Position numbers and translations under genes: made by a program
Part shown: positions 50,331 to 64,000 of the stretch, one piece after another
Numbering within the stretch: the first letter of the stretch is position 1
How the letters are laid out: every line of letters begins with the position of its first letter
The notes under the pieces: model-generated
What the model saw: the letters and a program-made list of their open reading frames with translations, nothing else
Databases searched by the model: none
Told to the model about the DNA's origin: nothing
DNA from: Heptranchias perlo
Taxonomy: Eukaryota
Reading direction: 5' to 3'
Length of the DNA stretch: 64,000 bases
NCBI RefSeq assembly: GCF_035084215.1
Contig: NC_090360.1
Coordinates: 10,788,001 to 10,852,000 of the forward strand

Positions 50331-53300
50331 TGATGTGCAGGCAGGAAGATTGGTACATCAATTATCACTTTCCGGACTTTTAATTGATCCTAAGTAAGCC
50401 CCTCCATGAACAGTCCTATGGTCTTCACCAGAATATATTGGCCCCAGAAAGTTACATGCCTGCTTAATGTGCCTTGCTGGAAGGAGCACGATGGGCCGAA
50501 TGGACTATCCTGATTCCGAACTTTCTAAAGCTTTATTACACATATGATTATGTAAGTATCAAACTGGAATGTACTGTATTCATCCTTGTATAAAGATGAA
50601 TAAGTTAAATGACATATTGCTGTGCTGTGTTTGACCTACAGTTACCGATTGTAATGTTGCAGACTGTAGCCTCACTTATCTTCTTGATATACAACAGCAG
50701 CCAAAATATGACTCACACATTTAAATGTTAAAATGTACAACCTCTTTCCTCCTTTTGCAGTGTAATTATAGGTCCATATTAGGATGCATGTCTAGTGACT
50801 TCTATTTTCGATGCATCCTTCTCTTGAATGTCACTTCTTGCAGCCAGCAAAATCATCTTGAGGGAAATATCTTGTAAACATCTTATAATATTGTGACCTG
50901 CTGGAAACCCCAAGACATATGGAAAATTATGAGAGAGAGAAAAAGGAATGGAAGAAAACTTAGACCATAACCATGGCACACAATAGCTCTGAAACATAAG
51001 GAAATTAGTGTTAAACTTGTTTAAACAACTGTAAACAGAAGTAATGTAGGAAACTATTTAGTTGAACATAAAAGATGGTGCACTCCAGCATCCAACTTCT
51101 TGATCAGACCAAGTTTCAACATTTTCCAATCCTCACCCCATACCTCTGCAAAAAAAAAATGTTCATGTCCTACTTGCACCTTATTTTTCTCCCAGTGAGA
51201 ATAACATTTAGCTTCCTTTGCCTCTTTCATGGCTTAATGATCTAAAAACACGTAATCCTTGTTAACATTCTCCTTTTAAATCCTCTCCATTGACTCTGTA
51301 CCTTTTTGAAAAGTATGATGATCAGGAATGGACGGAGTGCGCCACACTTGGTCTCAATAACGCTTTATGCAGTGTCAATTTTTCCTCATTCAACTTTGAT
51401 TCCAAAGGATGGTTTTGAACCTTCCTGTCCAGTAGGCACGGAGTGGTAGCGCTTCGAAAATGGCGGGGAGTGACTTACCGCCGCGTTCCCACCATTGCTG
51501 TGGTGGCCGGGATCTACCGCTGGGTGGCTGGAGAGCCCGCCTGAATCAGGCAGTAGGCCCATTTTAAAATGCAAATTGGGGTCTTATGACGTGGGACCCT
51601 GATAGCCATTTCAAGACAGTTCCGGGGGGAGTGTGTGCTGTGCACACACTCCGCCCAGTATCAGCTAGCGAAAGAGGAGGCAAGAGGTAAACTTGTGTTT
51701 GTGTATGAATCTGGTTACACACCTTTACGTTATGTTTGACTCCACAGCCACTGCTATATAGTTTTGTTTTGGTAATATGAAAAGCAGAGATGTCTGAATT
51801 CCACTGAAGGAAAGACTTACATTTACCTAACTCTGATCACGTCTCCCAGAAGACTGATATGGAATAAATTACTTAGAAAATACAACATGAATACAAGAAA
51901 ATTCCCACAGTGATTTAGAACAGTTCTCTTCACCCCAGAAACTTGGGTTAAAATGTAGCCGAAGAACTTGAGCCAATACAATACACCAATACTGATATCT
52001 CCTCAAAATAATTGCCGTACTTATTGTGGGTATTGCCTAGCTTTCATTGTTGGGTTGGAATTGGTGTCAGCCTGTCAAAATGCTTCTTGAAATGCTTCTC
52101 TTTTAATGTGCTTATATTTTTCTGACAATGCTGTGCTGCCAGTGTAAAAATAATGCAGTTTCATCTTTATTTATTTTCTAATTGCCGAATACCATGCTTG
52201 TATTCAGTGAGGTGGAAAAAAATTGCTGCCACAGCTCCCCTTATTTCTACTCTCAAGTATTGTTGGATATAGCCAATCTGGCCCAGATTTCTTATGAATA
52301 TTCAAATACTCTGGGTTTTATTTTCTCTAAGAGGCTGGTGATGAAATTGTCATTAAAAAAGCAGGAGTAATTGAATATTCATAAGGCAATAATCTTTTTT
52401 GTTGGCCTACTCAGCAAATAAATCAGAAATATGTTGTTTTAAAGCGAAATATTTATTTTAAAAAAAGCCCAGAGATTTTTTTAAAAATCAAAATTGATAA
52501 AAGTTGTTCAACTAAGATACAATGCAGCTAATTTTACAGTGCAGTGTTATTTTTGAATGTATCTAAAATATTGTATGTCTCATTCTAATAACTCTTATAG
52601 AAATTTTATTTTGCGACCAGGAGTGGATTTTACTGGTTAACTTTGAGGGGATGTGTGCAAATAGCAATCAAACCCCGAGGGACCAACTCCAGTTGAATTA
52701 GTGTTATGCAAATTAGAAATGTGGCAGAAGAACGAGTGGTATCTTAAAGGGACACATTAGTGTGGGAGTCAAGTGCTTCCACGTAAAGCACTTAGCCCTG
52801 AATGTGCCTCATATCATCGGTGCCAGACAACACTTATCATTCCCTCGTCACTCCTTGTTGGTGGGTTTTTCTATCGAGACGAGGAAGCATTCAGCATTTT
52901 TGAGATCCTCCAATTGCATTCTGTTGCAGTTTCTTCTCACTGTTGTTGTAAGTATCACGTGAATTAATTTAGGGAGTTTGAACCCAGTTCCTCCTGGATG
53001 TGGGCAGACAGCAAAACGCTGACCATAATTTCGTACTGATTTGGCAATTCCTCTGATAGGCCTTAAGCATGACTGGTTTGGAATATGCAAAAATTCCCAC
53101 TGGTATCTCTTCGTCCCAGAGACTTGCGTTTGAATCTAACCCAGGATCATGGCCCATTGTGATCATTTTCAATTGACATGTCACTGGAAGTTGATATGTT
53201 TCTGACCATCGACTTGTTTTATTGGGAAATCCAAGTGAAAGGTCAAAGTTCATAGTTCAAGTCATGAGGTAAATCAAGAAGTGTTAGTTAGGGGAAGCCC

Positions 53301-54395
53301 AACTTGGGTTAGAAAAACTTGTAGATTGTAGGAGAAAGAAAATACATTCAATAAAAATTCCTCATCATCTTCCTTCAGTAAACCTATACTTGAAATTGCA
53401 CCCTTCATCGATAAAACGGTGTCAGGGGATACAATAGCCAGAAGCTAGAACAAATGTCTTCGCCAATTTAAAGGAGTTCAAATCCAGAAGGGGAAAAGAT
53501 GAGTCTCACTGCTATTAAGAGATTCTAAGATTAACAAGGTATATTTTTTGGCCATTTCAGTGTTTGCTGTATCGGGAGAACCAACCAATACTTGTCTCTG
53601 AAAACAAATGTCTTGGCCTTAAAGGCATAAAACCAATCGTGTGAGGAGTTAAAATAATTCGCTACTACTTCAGAATTTAATGTTTCTCTTTTTCTATCCA
53701 GCGACACTACTATAATAAGTATTTTCCAAGTGAGCTACAGACAGGCCAACGGCAATATGAGACCATTACTGCCCTGAGAATGCATTTCAGACATAAGCCT
53801 CAGCAATAATCTTTTTCATAAACACTCTTCAACCAAATAGTTTTAATGGGATGTTACTGCCTGATCAAAATAATTTGAATTGCCAGGAACGCTTTTGTTG
53901 TCCTTTCAATAAAATAGATTTTAAAATCATTTATTAGTTTTCATAATGCAGTTTTTTTAAAACTTTAGGCAAGGCATTTACTTCCTTTGAGTCGACAGGC
54001 GAAAATGATCAGTATCTCATTGATTTCCTGGGGTTATTGTTAATTGTAATGTGATTTATATCAATTAGTGTTAATTGTATTCAGGTGGTGTGTGTGTCAA
54101 TTGGGGACTCTCTTGTATCCTTTTTATCTAGGGTGTGGTTGTGTAAGGAGAATCTCTGTGAATAAAGGCTTGGAAGCAACTGAAGACCAGGCTATCCTTC
54201 ACCACTTGGCTATCCAATTTATAACAGTTATATCATGGTTGAGGGATATTTGTTAGTCTTGTGGCTGATTACCCCACTTGTGACACATATAGAAGATGTA
54301 AGTTTTGGTCCATACGAGGCTTGGTCTGCTTGTGGAAACTGCCTTTCTGCTATGAACCTGGAGAAAGACCAAACCATAACAATTACATCCAATCC

Positions 54396-54398
<3 letters not shown>

Positions 54399-54428
<30 letters not shown>
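54399..54428. repeat. (TG)15 microsatellite
   Basis: Direct reading. Confidence 0.95.
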
Positions 54429-54430
<2 letters not shown>

Positions 54431-55680
54431 GTGGTCCATATTGTTTCCCCACCAATCCTTAAGGCAAGGAGTCATGCTGGGGTGCAGTTCCATGAACCCC
54501 AGTAGCCCTCTGGTGCCGCTTCTAAATGACAATTCTTCACACTTGACCCTGGACAGTGAATGCCTTCAAACTGTTGGTTCACAAGGGCACCGGAGTCGAG
54601 CCTCATTCAGTCTTCAACTGATGACCACGTGCACACTTCAAGCAGAGCTTTTCAAGCAGAATAGCAAGGAGCAAAATTCTATTATTCATCATCCCTAGCC
54701 CACTGAAACTGGGGCTAATCATAGTAACTCGTGCTGAGATCGGCAAACTGAGCATTGATCAAAGACCAAACTTGAGACTTAATTGTAGATAAGGCTCAGG
54801 GTTTTCAAGTATATTCTTAGAATTGTATTCTGCTATGGTTGATAGAAGTTTGGTGCAAACAAATCTTGACAGTTACTTTCTTGCTTATAAACCATGGACA
54901 TACGGGTTTAATTTTACAGTGATCTGATTATTTTATTTGCACACTTGCCTTTATAATATAATACATGCAGTAAAGCTCACCAGGAACCAATGACCATTGA
55001 CATTTATCCTTTTTTATAACTTGAATTAAAAGATTTTGATAAAATTTGAAACAAACTCAGATAAATTTGTGTAATTTTGAAAGCTGAAAGGCCTACATCA
55101 GTAAACATTATCTAAGAATGAAAATTCATAATTCCGGAAACTGCAAAACTCTACTTTCAGATCCTCGATAAATGACTTGTTCTCAGTATTTATATGTAAA
55201 GTTTGTTTGTTAGCAGGGCAATGCCTTCACGGATACAGACATTCAGTTTGTTTGTAATTTTGTTAAGATTAATATACCAAATGTTGAATTGTCACTTCGT
55301 TAAAAATGTAATTTGAACCTCAAGAATACAAACAGAATATTAGAGCTCACACCTCTTCTGTAATAAGGATGGAGGCAGGACGGGGAGGTATTTGCCTTTC
55401 TGTTGCAGCCTGAAAGTCAAATCTGAACTGAGAACAAGGACCCTAATTTCAACAACCTTTGTTGACTGTATGCCAGCTAGGGAGGTCGGAATTCAGATGT
55501 GGGGGAACTGAAATGTCCATGCAAAAGAATTGGTTTTAAATGCAGATGTATAAGATGTTTACGTGGCCCTTTCTGTTTTGTAGTTTTATGCATGAAAGAT
55601 GATCAACTCCTCTGGATTTAGTACAAAAAGCGGAATCAATGTGGATCACAAAAGAAATGGCTGGTTAGTGAGGGCATACT

Positions 55681-55777
55681 GCACCAGATGGGACACGAGT
55701 TGACAAAGGCACACAGCACCAGATGGGACATGAGTTGACAAAGGCACACAGCACCAGAAGAGACATGAGCTGTCAAA
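55681..55777. repeat. 35-bp tandem repeat (about 2.7 copies)
   Basis: gcaccagatgggaca(c/t)gagttgacaaaggcacaca at 55681 and 55716, with a diverged copy at 55751. Confidence 0.9.
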
Positions 55778-56299
55778 TAGAGGAATAGAGTACATGATGA
55801 GACTTGAGCTGGCTGTTAGGGCATGAGATGTGATGTGATCTACCAGATGTCCTACATCTACATGCGGCACATCCAGCGGTCAATGGAGGTTGTAGGGCTG
55901 TAGCTGAAGATACTACGCAACAGTTTGGTCTAACAAGGATCTGTTCTTTTCTAGACAGGATAACCAGGTTAATACAGTCCTGTCTTTGTAACATACATGT
56001 TTGGCTACTGTCTGATCAGTGATAATTCTGCTTTGCATCAACTTGAGTTGAACTATCAGTGATTGGACTCTTGACTGAATTATAGCCAGAAGAAAGAAAT
56101 CCCTTCCTGTAGGTAGAGACTGAATCTTGGGTACAGACTAGAGTGCGAGACACATCATGCCATCAGGACCTATCCAAGCAAAGCCCATTTTGAGAAAGCT
56201 ATTTTCCTTGGTAGTTTTCCTGCAAACTGTTACTTTTATCCACTCCACTTTGCATCACATTTTGGTAGTTTGCCATATGGATAAATGGTCATGTGTCAT

Positions 56300-56437
56300 G
56301 TAAGGGAATCAAGGGATATGGGGATAGGGCGGGAAAGTACAGTTGAGGTTGAAGGTCAGCCATGATCTTATTGAATGGTGGAGCAGGCTCGAGGGGCTGT
56401 ATGGCCTACTCCTACTCCTATTTCTCATGTTCTTATG
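56300..56437 (+). mobile_element. CR1 3' tail
   Basis: 'agggaatcaagggatatggggatagggcggg...ggagcaggctcgaggggctgtatggcctactcct...ttctcatgttcttatg'. Confidence 0.85.
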
Positions 56438-56611
56438 TCATTACAGTGAAGTCATTTGCACATGTCCGAAAAGGTAGCAATAACTTTCAGAGTGCAGAAG
56501 ATTCACATGAATGGAGGGACAACTCTGGTTTATCTGAGCAATGTGCACTCAATCTTGTACCAATTACATGTTATAATAACTGTACGCTTTGTAAAGAATT
56601 CATATTTGGAA

Positions 56612-57907
56612 TTTTTTTAAAATTCATTCATGGGATGTGGGTGTCACTGGCAAGGCCGGCATTTATTGCCCATCCATAATTGCCCTTGAGAAGGTGGTGA
56701 TCAGCCGCCGCCTTGAACGCCACAGTTCGTGGTGAAGGTTCTCCCACAGTGCTGTTAGGTAGGGAGCTCCAGGATTTTGACCCAGCAACGATGAATGGTG
56801 ATACATTTCCAAGTCGGGATGGTGTGTGACTTGGAGGGGAACATGCAGGTGGTGGTGTTCCCATGCACTTGCTGCCCTTGTCCTTCTAGATGGTAGAGGT
56901 CGCGGGTTTGGGAGGTGCTGTTGAAGAAGCCTTGGTGAGTTGCTGCAGTGCATCTTGTAAATGGTACACACTGCAACCACAGTGCGCCGGTGGTGGATGG
57001 GGTGCCAATCAAGCGGACTGCTTTGTCCTGGATGGTGTCGAGCTTCTTGAGTGTTGTTGGACCTGCACTCATCTGGGCAAGTGGAGAGTATTCCATCACA
57101 CTCCTGACTTGTGCCTTGTAGATGGTGGAAAGGCTTTAGGGAATCAGGAAGTGAACTCGCCGCAGAATACCCAGCCTCTGACCTGCTCTCGTAGCCACAG
57201 TATTTATGTGGCTGGTCCAGTTAAGTTTCTGGTCAATGGTGTCCCCCAGGATATTGATGGTGGGGGATTCGGTGATGGTAATGCCGTTGAATGTCAAGGG
57301 GAGGTGGTTAGACTCTCTTGTTGGAGATGGTCATTGCCTGGCACTTGTGTGGCAGGAATGTTACTTGCCACTTATGAGCCCAAGTCTGAAAGTTGTCGAG
57401 GTCTTGCTGTATGCGGGCACGGACTGCTTCATTATCTGAGGGGTTGCGAATGTAATTGAACACTGTGCAATCATCAGCGAACATCCCCATTTCTGACCTT
57501 ATGATGGAGGGAAATACATTGATGAAGCAGCTGAAGATGGTTGGTCTAGGACACTGCAGTGATGTCCTGGAGCTGAGATGATTGGCCTCCAACAACCACT
57601 ACCATATTCCTTTGTGCTAGGTATGACTCCAGCCATTGGAGAGTTTTCCCTCTGATTCCCATTGACTTCAATTTTACGAGGGCTCCTTGATGCCACACTC
57701 GGTTAAATGCTGCCTTGATGTCAAGGGCAGTCACTCTCACCTCACCTCTAGAATTCAGCTCTTTTCTCCATGTTTGGAACCAAGGGTGTAATGAGGTCTG
57801 GAGCCAGGTGGTCCTGGCGGAACCCAAACTGAGCATCGGTGAGTGAGTGTTTGATAGCACTGTTGATGACACCTTCTGTCACTTTGATGATTGAGAGTAG
57901 ACTGATG
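56612..57907 (-). mobile_element. CR1-group LINE copy 4 (older, frameshifted)
   Basis: Aligns to 18640-19992. RT is broken into several ORFs (ALDIKAAFNRVWH; GMFADDC). Confidence 0.95.
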
Positions 57908-60900
57908 TTGGCTGTGGCATTACTTAATTTATGTATTCAGTTTATGCGGGGAAAATACAAATTTATTTATTTAACCAGTTTAATATAACATTATCCATTT
58001 GGTGCATTTAGAATTGAGGTGAATGAATGGTGTAGCTTATAAAAATCAAAGCCTTTTTATTTCTAGTTCAAATCCAGCCTACATTAGCTAACAGTTTGCT
58101 TTCTTTGATGACTTCTGCAGGATTTAGGTAAAAGGAGTTGCTTTTACCCAGCTCCCAGTTGACAGGATCCCACAGAACAAAATGCACTTCAAGTCAGGCA
58201 CAAATAATGCTCGTTATTCAACCTCACACACACATGTTATAAGGATAGATTATGCCGAAATAGAAAACTCCTATCAGTACGGCAGGAGCTGTTATTCTTG
58301 GGTTGGAATTTAGGCACATTATAATGTTTCTAGGATGTGAATAACTTTCCCTTAAATGAACAACAAGGAATTGCTATATTATTTCATCAGCTTACCGATG
58401 TTCAGTTCATGGTTCCTATTTGTAGTTGTACCTGGTCAAGGTACCTATGGAGTTTGAAATGCTCAACTATTCTTTGTGTCCAATGTGGGGAAAGCAGAGT
58501 TTTCATCCTGTGATGTGCATGTGCTGAATATCCTTTTAAGGACTAAAAATGCAGTCCAGCTTTCTTCAAATCTGTATTGGAAACTGCAGACCGTTGTTCC
58601 TCAAGTTCATTAAATTATTCCTTCTTTGAAAGGCCAGTAATAGTTTATATTTAGTTTTTGTTTTAACCACCTAGATGGGATAGTAGTTTCAGTTACTGCC
58701 AGGCATCAAAAACAGAATGTTTGAAATGTTAATGCATGCAGAGAACATAGACTATGAAATAAATTAATCACATTTCTCAGATTGCTGAAGTATCAAGGGA
58801 AATACCTGGACGAGGATAGTAATATCTCGATAGTAACACCCCACATCATAAGGCATGAGACTGTTGTACTTTTGCTTATCAACCTCAAAGGAATGGTTGT
58901 AGCAGGGAAGAATTCCTGTGGTATCAATCACCATTCTGGATGCTCACGTCTCTGCTTCTGACCGGAGTTCTGAATTCCATGGGTGTCCAGAAAAGTTACA
59001 TCATCTAAGTACAACATTACTTTATGAAGGTCTATGGAAGACTTTCATCCAAAAGTCCTGTTAATTGTACGAGAAATATGTTTTTTTTAAAAAAAGGGAC
59101 TTTGACATTTTTTGAACTCATTCTATCTTAATTGTTTTAAAGTGTTGTGTACTCGGTATCTTACTGTGTTTTACTGCTTCTATGTATTACTCAACCTATA
59201 AATAAATCTGACCCATTTTTAGCCTGTACATACTAACCCAATGGCATGGTATTTTCCACCTTTTTGAAGGGGACAGGAGCATGTTCTTATCTCCACTGCA
59301 TTGTATTATTTAATTAGGGGGATAACTGTTGATCCTGGGTGTGTTGCTCCAAAGGTAGAGTCTTGTAGATCATAGAGTTGGTCTGATTGTTGCCATGACT
59401 ACAAGACAGAAGTGTTGGGAGAAAGCCCAAATGGTAACACCCTCTCATTAGCTTTCCCCCCCATTTTATTGTTGCGTGATCATAATGTTGATCGAAATAA
59501 AGATGTGGAGAGAGTCTCCTGATAACTAATACATTTCTGTGTTCTAAAGAGTTGTGATTGGTAGCCACGTACTGAAGCTCTGTTCTTGATCATGCTCTAA
59601 ACACCTGTGAAGAATTGCCTGTGTATAAATGGTCTCAAATTTCACAGGCCCTCTTGAGCAACAAATACCTGCCAGAGAGTTGATCACGTTCTTTTTCTGG
59701 ATGTACGAGGAATCCTGTCGTGATCTTAGTCAAGGATGTTCTATGTGTCTCATCCTTTTGTTTTCCACTTCTTTCTCCTTCTGTCCTAAAGCCACTGCCT
59801 TTGTTGGAATAGGATTCCATCGGCACTGGCAGCCCCAGTATCTCACCCTATTGCACATTCTTCATGTGTGAGTCCACACAGTGATATAAGGAGGCTATAT
59901 TTTCCAAGGAAGGTATCAAAGGCAAGAAAAGCCCTGTTATCTCATTTTATCAAGTAGGGATTATATGGTTTTGTGTTGTACCAGGAATAAATTAACTTCC
60001 AAGTTAACAATTGTGATTATAAAATTACATATCAAATTGAGTAACAAACTGTATGATGTGTATAAAGAACACGAGTGGAAAGTTTTACTTAGCTAATTAA
60101 ACAATTGTAGTTAACAGCTAACACAAATTATTGCATCCATGTAATTAGGGCCAGAATATTTTAAGTTATAATAGAAGGCTGCAGCGATTGAACAGTGTAA
60201 AATATATGTTTTTCCCCATCAAATGTTTTCGTTTCCTCCCGGGAGAGATTTCATCCTCCTCCACCTAACAGGATGGCACTGACTGAACTCTCCCCAACAG
60301 AGTTAGTGCCAGAAACAAGTTCACTCCTCTCCCACCCGACTTATCACCTGAATTCAGCACTTTTCGGATCCAGCAGAAACCCGCAAACTGCATGGGACTG
60401 GTTTCTGTTTTAAACACTGCATTTTGTCATTGCAACAAAGAGTTAATCTTGGACCAGTGCTGTATCTGATTGAGAAAACCCTTGCTTCCAGGTCTAAAGC
60501 ACTGCGATACAATTACCTAAAATAACCTCGATTTCATATCTTTTCAACGAGTGATGAAATACCATCTGTATTGCGAAGCCACAATTCACACTGCTGCACA
60601 GCATAATTAATCACCACATCTGTCTTTGGGTCAGGCAACAAGGAAGATGGTTGTGTTTCATTTGCATTATAACTTTGCTGTTAAATAGTGCAATACATGT
60701 TATAGGAGATATCCTAATGTGGGACCAAACAGGTAATTAATACTAAAATCCTGCAGATGCAGGATGCCTATTATGGTGATCTTCAAATAGTAAAGCAAAC
60801 AAGGGAAGATGTCGCAGAACAGATAGCAGCGTAGAAAACCGTGACCGGTATACTAACCATTTTAACAGCTATTTGGTGATAGGCTTTATGGGTCACCAGT

Positions 60901-61981
60901 CTAGACTCTGTTCTTAGCACATTAACCCATAAGGGACTACATTAGCTTTACTGGGACCACTTTCACTTCTGTCGCTGTCCTTTTTTGCAATGTAAATATT
61001 GTTCATTTTTAAAGCAATTTGATTGTAAATGTAATGAGCTAGCATAGGTTTTATCAGGGTAGACCCAATCATCAATCAGTGCAGCAAGCCCAGATGGCAT
61101 GGTAAATTCACACTTGGTAGTACAGATAATTAAGTCTGTCTTCAGCAGGCTTCATTTTAGATAAAGCTACACAAGGCAGCGATGAACATTTCTGTTTGGT
61201 ACACAGTGATATCTTAAGTTGCTGGCAGGCAGATTGCTTGTTGCAGAAGATGCACATCACTAAACCTGTTAAATATTCTTTTTATGATCTAGTCAGAGCT
61301 AGAGGGATAGAGATAGAAATAAGAGCTTTTGCAATCTCCAGTCTAATTACTCTGAGTAAGTTGTTCTGCAGGTTGCCAAACTAACTGTGTCAGGGCAGGG
61401 CTTGCAACAAAGTTAATAATCTCAGGGAAGTTTGTGGTCGTGCAAACAAATAAAACTCATAATTGACTCTTTAACCCCTCAATTGGATGCAAGATTTCTC
61501 CTTGTCAAGTTGTTTATTTAAAAGGGCACTAAACACCTAACTGTCCAACCCTGACCTGTAAATGGGTTATTAAGCACTCAGTTCACTTGTCACTTCTCTA
61601 TTATTTTGAAATGGCCCATTCTTTCAATTGCAAGAATTAAGCTATGTTAAATTTCAAGCATACAGAGAACAGAGAGGTACTTAAAGGCAATAGTTCACAC
61701 AAACAGTCTCACAGCATAACCAACGAAAGATTGCCCAGCACAGAACAAAACTATCCAAATTAGAATGTTTCCTTGAAACTAAGGGGAATGGAAAGAAAGT
61801 TCAGTGTGTGAAATGCACAGTCAATACAATTTAAATTTGTTAAAAAAAATCCGGTACTAACAACTTGTTCACAATAACGTTAAACTATCCAAGGTTAAAA
61901 CTTGGAGATCTCTGATATTCAAATTGTTATGGGGGAAATTGAGAGATTTTGGTGTGGAACTAGCTAGGGATGAGTTTGAAG

Positions 61982-62060
61982 GAGATCTCTAGTATTGCAC
62001 TTGTTAAAGGTGAGGTTAAAAGAGATCTCTCGTATTGCGTTTGTTAAAGGTGAGGTTGAA
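61982..62060. repeat. 39-bp tandem duplication
   Basis: gagatctct.gtattgc..ttgttaaaggtgaggtt.aaa at 61982 and 62021. Confidence 0.9.
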
Positions 62061-62786
62061 AGCGGTCCAAGGGTATGAGTAAACTTGGCACTTAACCAGG
62101 AAATTTTACTTTGGTAGAAGCCCAGTACGAAGTTGAATTGCGCAGACTTTGCATCCACTGCCACTGACCCTGGTGAATTTTTAGGTCTCAAGTTAATTGA
62201 ACTTTGGGATCCCTATCTGCACCAGGAAGGCTGCTTTGGTGAGGGGCCCAATCACTGCTACAGGCCTTGAGACACCTGCAGCAGCAGAGGAGGCTGAAGG
62301 GGAGAGCCAATTTTCATTCAAAAAATCTTAAATCTCAGTGCTGTGGACTGCAAGTGATCATCCCACAATTGATTGCACTCCTTAACAGGGCCATTTAACA
62401 TTTAAATGATCTTCCACACATGAGGAACACGCTGGCATTCCTTACATCCTGTGTTATTATGACAATAATGGAAAATATGACCAATTATGTCACTTCACAA
62501 TTGCCACACTCTTTGAACACACTTGCCCATATTCGAATGGAAATATTCAATGGCCGTTGTTACTTCTGGTGGAAAATCCTGGTGGTGACATTGACTGGTG
62601 GGGGTATGGTGCCCTGGGCAGCTTTCTGCCTCTGTCTACCCCAGATCTATCCAAATTCAGTCAGAATAACAACGAAAAATCAAGGCTAAGATGTTCAGTC
62701 ACTGCAATCAACAAAGCAAGTAGACTCCTGTATCATACTGCTAACTCAGTCGACTATAAACCAGAGGATGTCATGTTGAAACTATA

Positions 62787-62990
62787 ATGTGGAGATGCCG
62801 GTGATGGACTGGGGTTGACAATTGTAAACAATTTTACAACACCAAATTATAGTCCAACAAATTTATTTTAAATTTCACAAGCTTTCGGAGGCTTCCTCCT
62901 TCCTCAGGTGAATGGTGTGGAAATGAAATTTTCGAATCCTTCGCATTTGTAAATCACAGAACAATGCCTGGTGATTACTGCCCGTTGCAA
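62787..62990 (-). mobile_element. Penelope-like element terminal repeat fragment
   Basis: Shares its terminus with 31981-32056 and carries a minimal hammerhead motif, as described for Penelope pseudo-LTRs. Family call is by recall and inference. Confidence 0.75.
62874..62912 (-). ncRNA. Minimal type I hammerhead ribozyme motif
   Basis: Minus strand reads UUCAC-CUGAGGA-A-GGAGG-AAG-CCUCC-GAAA-GC-UU-GUGAA: perfect 5-bp stem I, CUGANGA box, perfect 5-bp stem II, GAAA box, palindromic AGCU stem III, UH site. Confidence 0.8.
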
Positions 62991-63639
62991 TGGAACATGC
63001 AAAGGCCATAGAGGGGAAAGCCTTGAGACTAATCCCTAATGTCAGAGGATATGAAATATGAGGGGAGACTGGAGAAGTTTAGGCTATTCATCCTTTGAAA
63101 GGAAATGACTTGGAGGGGATATTATACAACTCTGTATAATATATTAAACAGTGCACATACGGTATCCTATCAAAGAGTTCAAATTGGTGAAAGGCAAACT
63201 TAAGGCCAATGTCAGGAAGTTTTTCTTCATGTAAAAAGTGATTAACAATTGGAATGGGCTTCCAGGGAGCGTAGTGGAGGCAAAATCCTTGGAGTAATTT
63301 AAGAGATTGCTGATGTTGTGATGGGTGAATGGCCGCCTTCACCCTTACCTAGCTTATGACGTGGCAGAGGAATGTTGCCTCTGTGCCACAAGCAGAAATA
63401 TACTTGTTGAATCCCTTGAGGACTTGAAATATGTTGATGCTTCAAATCAGTGGACTGATAAGATTCTAGTGTCGTCCCCGTGATACCATCCTAGGCAATT
63501 TTGCAGTTTTAATTGTAGCACATCTGTGTCGACCCTTCTAATTTTCAATTGCATTGTTAAACAGACACTTGCCCAACTCCTTTTAAAAAGAATTAATCGA
63601 CACAACATGAGTTGCTTTTGCTGGGAATCCAACATACCC

Positions 63640-64000
63640 ATTGCTTTCCGTCACTAAAACAAACATTGCTTTTAAACTCTGGTTTTGCTTGAGGCTTGCT
63701 GATTTTGTGCTCCTGTCATCCGCTTCTATACTCACAATCTTATTTAAATGCTTTATCCTTGCCTCTCATTGTTTTGAAGATTTGTATCAAGTTGTCTCTC
63801 ATTCTTTTCTCCAATGAACATAGTTTCAGTTTTATGCCCCAAGCCCTGAAATCATCACTCTCCTTTGATATCTGTCCAGTGGTCAATGTCTTTTCCCAGC
63901 TAGGATGCCCACAACTGCACACAGTGTTTGAAATGTAACCTGACCAGTGATTTGTGCAAGGTTGAAATCATCAATTTTGATTTATAATCACATGCTCTTA
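63640..64000 (-). mobile_element. Old CR1 3' region running off the window
   Basis: ORF 63740..63922: LKLCSLEKRMRDNLIQIFKTMRG, matching CR1 'LFSLEKRRLRGDLI.VFKI.KG'. Confidence 0.8.

Larger units (their letters stand above)
62680..63330 (+). mobile_element. Old CR1 3' region interrupted by a Penelope-like element
   Basis: DYKPEDVMLKL lies before the insert. After it come 'gagactaatccctaatgtcagagga..tatgaggggagactggagaag' and 'aggaagtttttcttc..aattggaatgggcttcca'. Confidence 0.75.

Overview
Eukaryotic, almost certainly vertebrate, non-coding DNA: a large intron or gene desert. The repeat mix (abundant CR1 3' tails, DeuSINE/SacSINE1-like fragments, L2, Penelope-type short elements) points to a cartilaginous fish, which is an inference. 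No complete host gene, RNA gene, CRISPR array or prokaryotic system is visible. The ORFs I can assign are retroelement pieces, their antisense frames or minisatellite frames. Main content: many degenerate CR1 fragments on both strands; four 5'-truncated copies of a young CR1-group poly(A) LINE, all on the minus strand, one keeping an open RT domain; a Harbinger transposase fossil; several palindromic MITEs; a 30-bp minisatellite; one well-formed orphan + strand exon (33453-33587); and enhancer-like unique segments. The most notable signals are minimal type I hammerhead ribozyme motifs in Penelope-like element termini (an intact-looking one at 62874-62912, damaged ones near 32960 and 21430). 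Also notable are reverse-transcription scars (a 35-bp snap-back hairpin and a template jump) that hit the same site in two LINE copies. Boundaries of old repeats are approximate.
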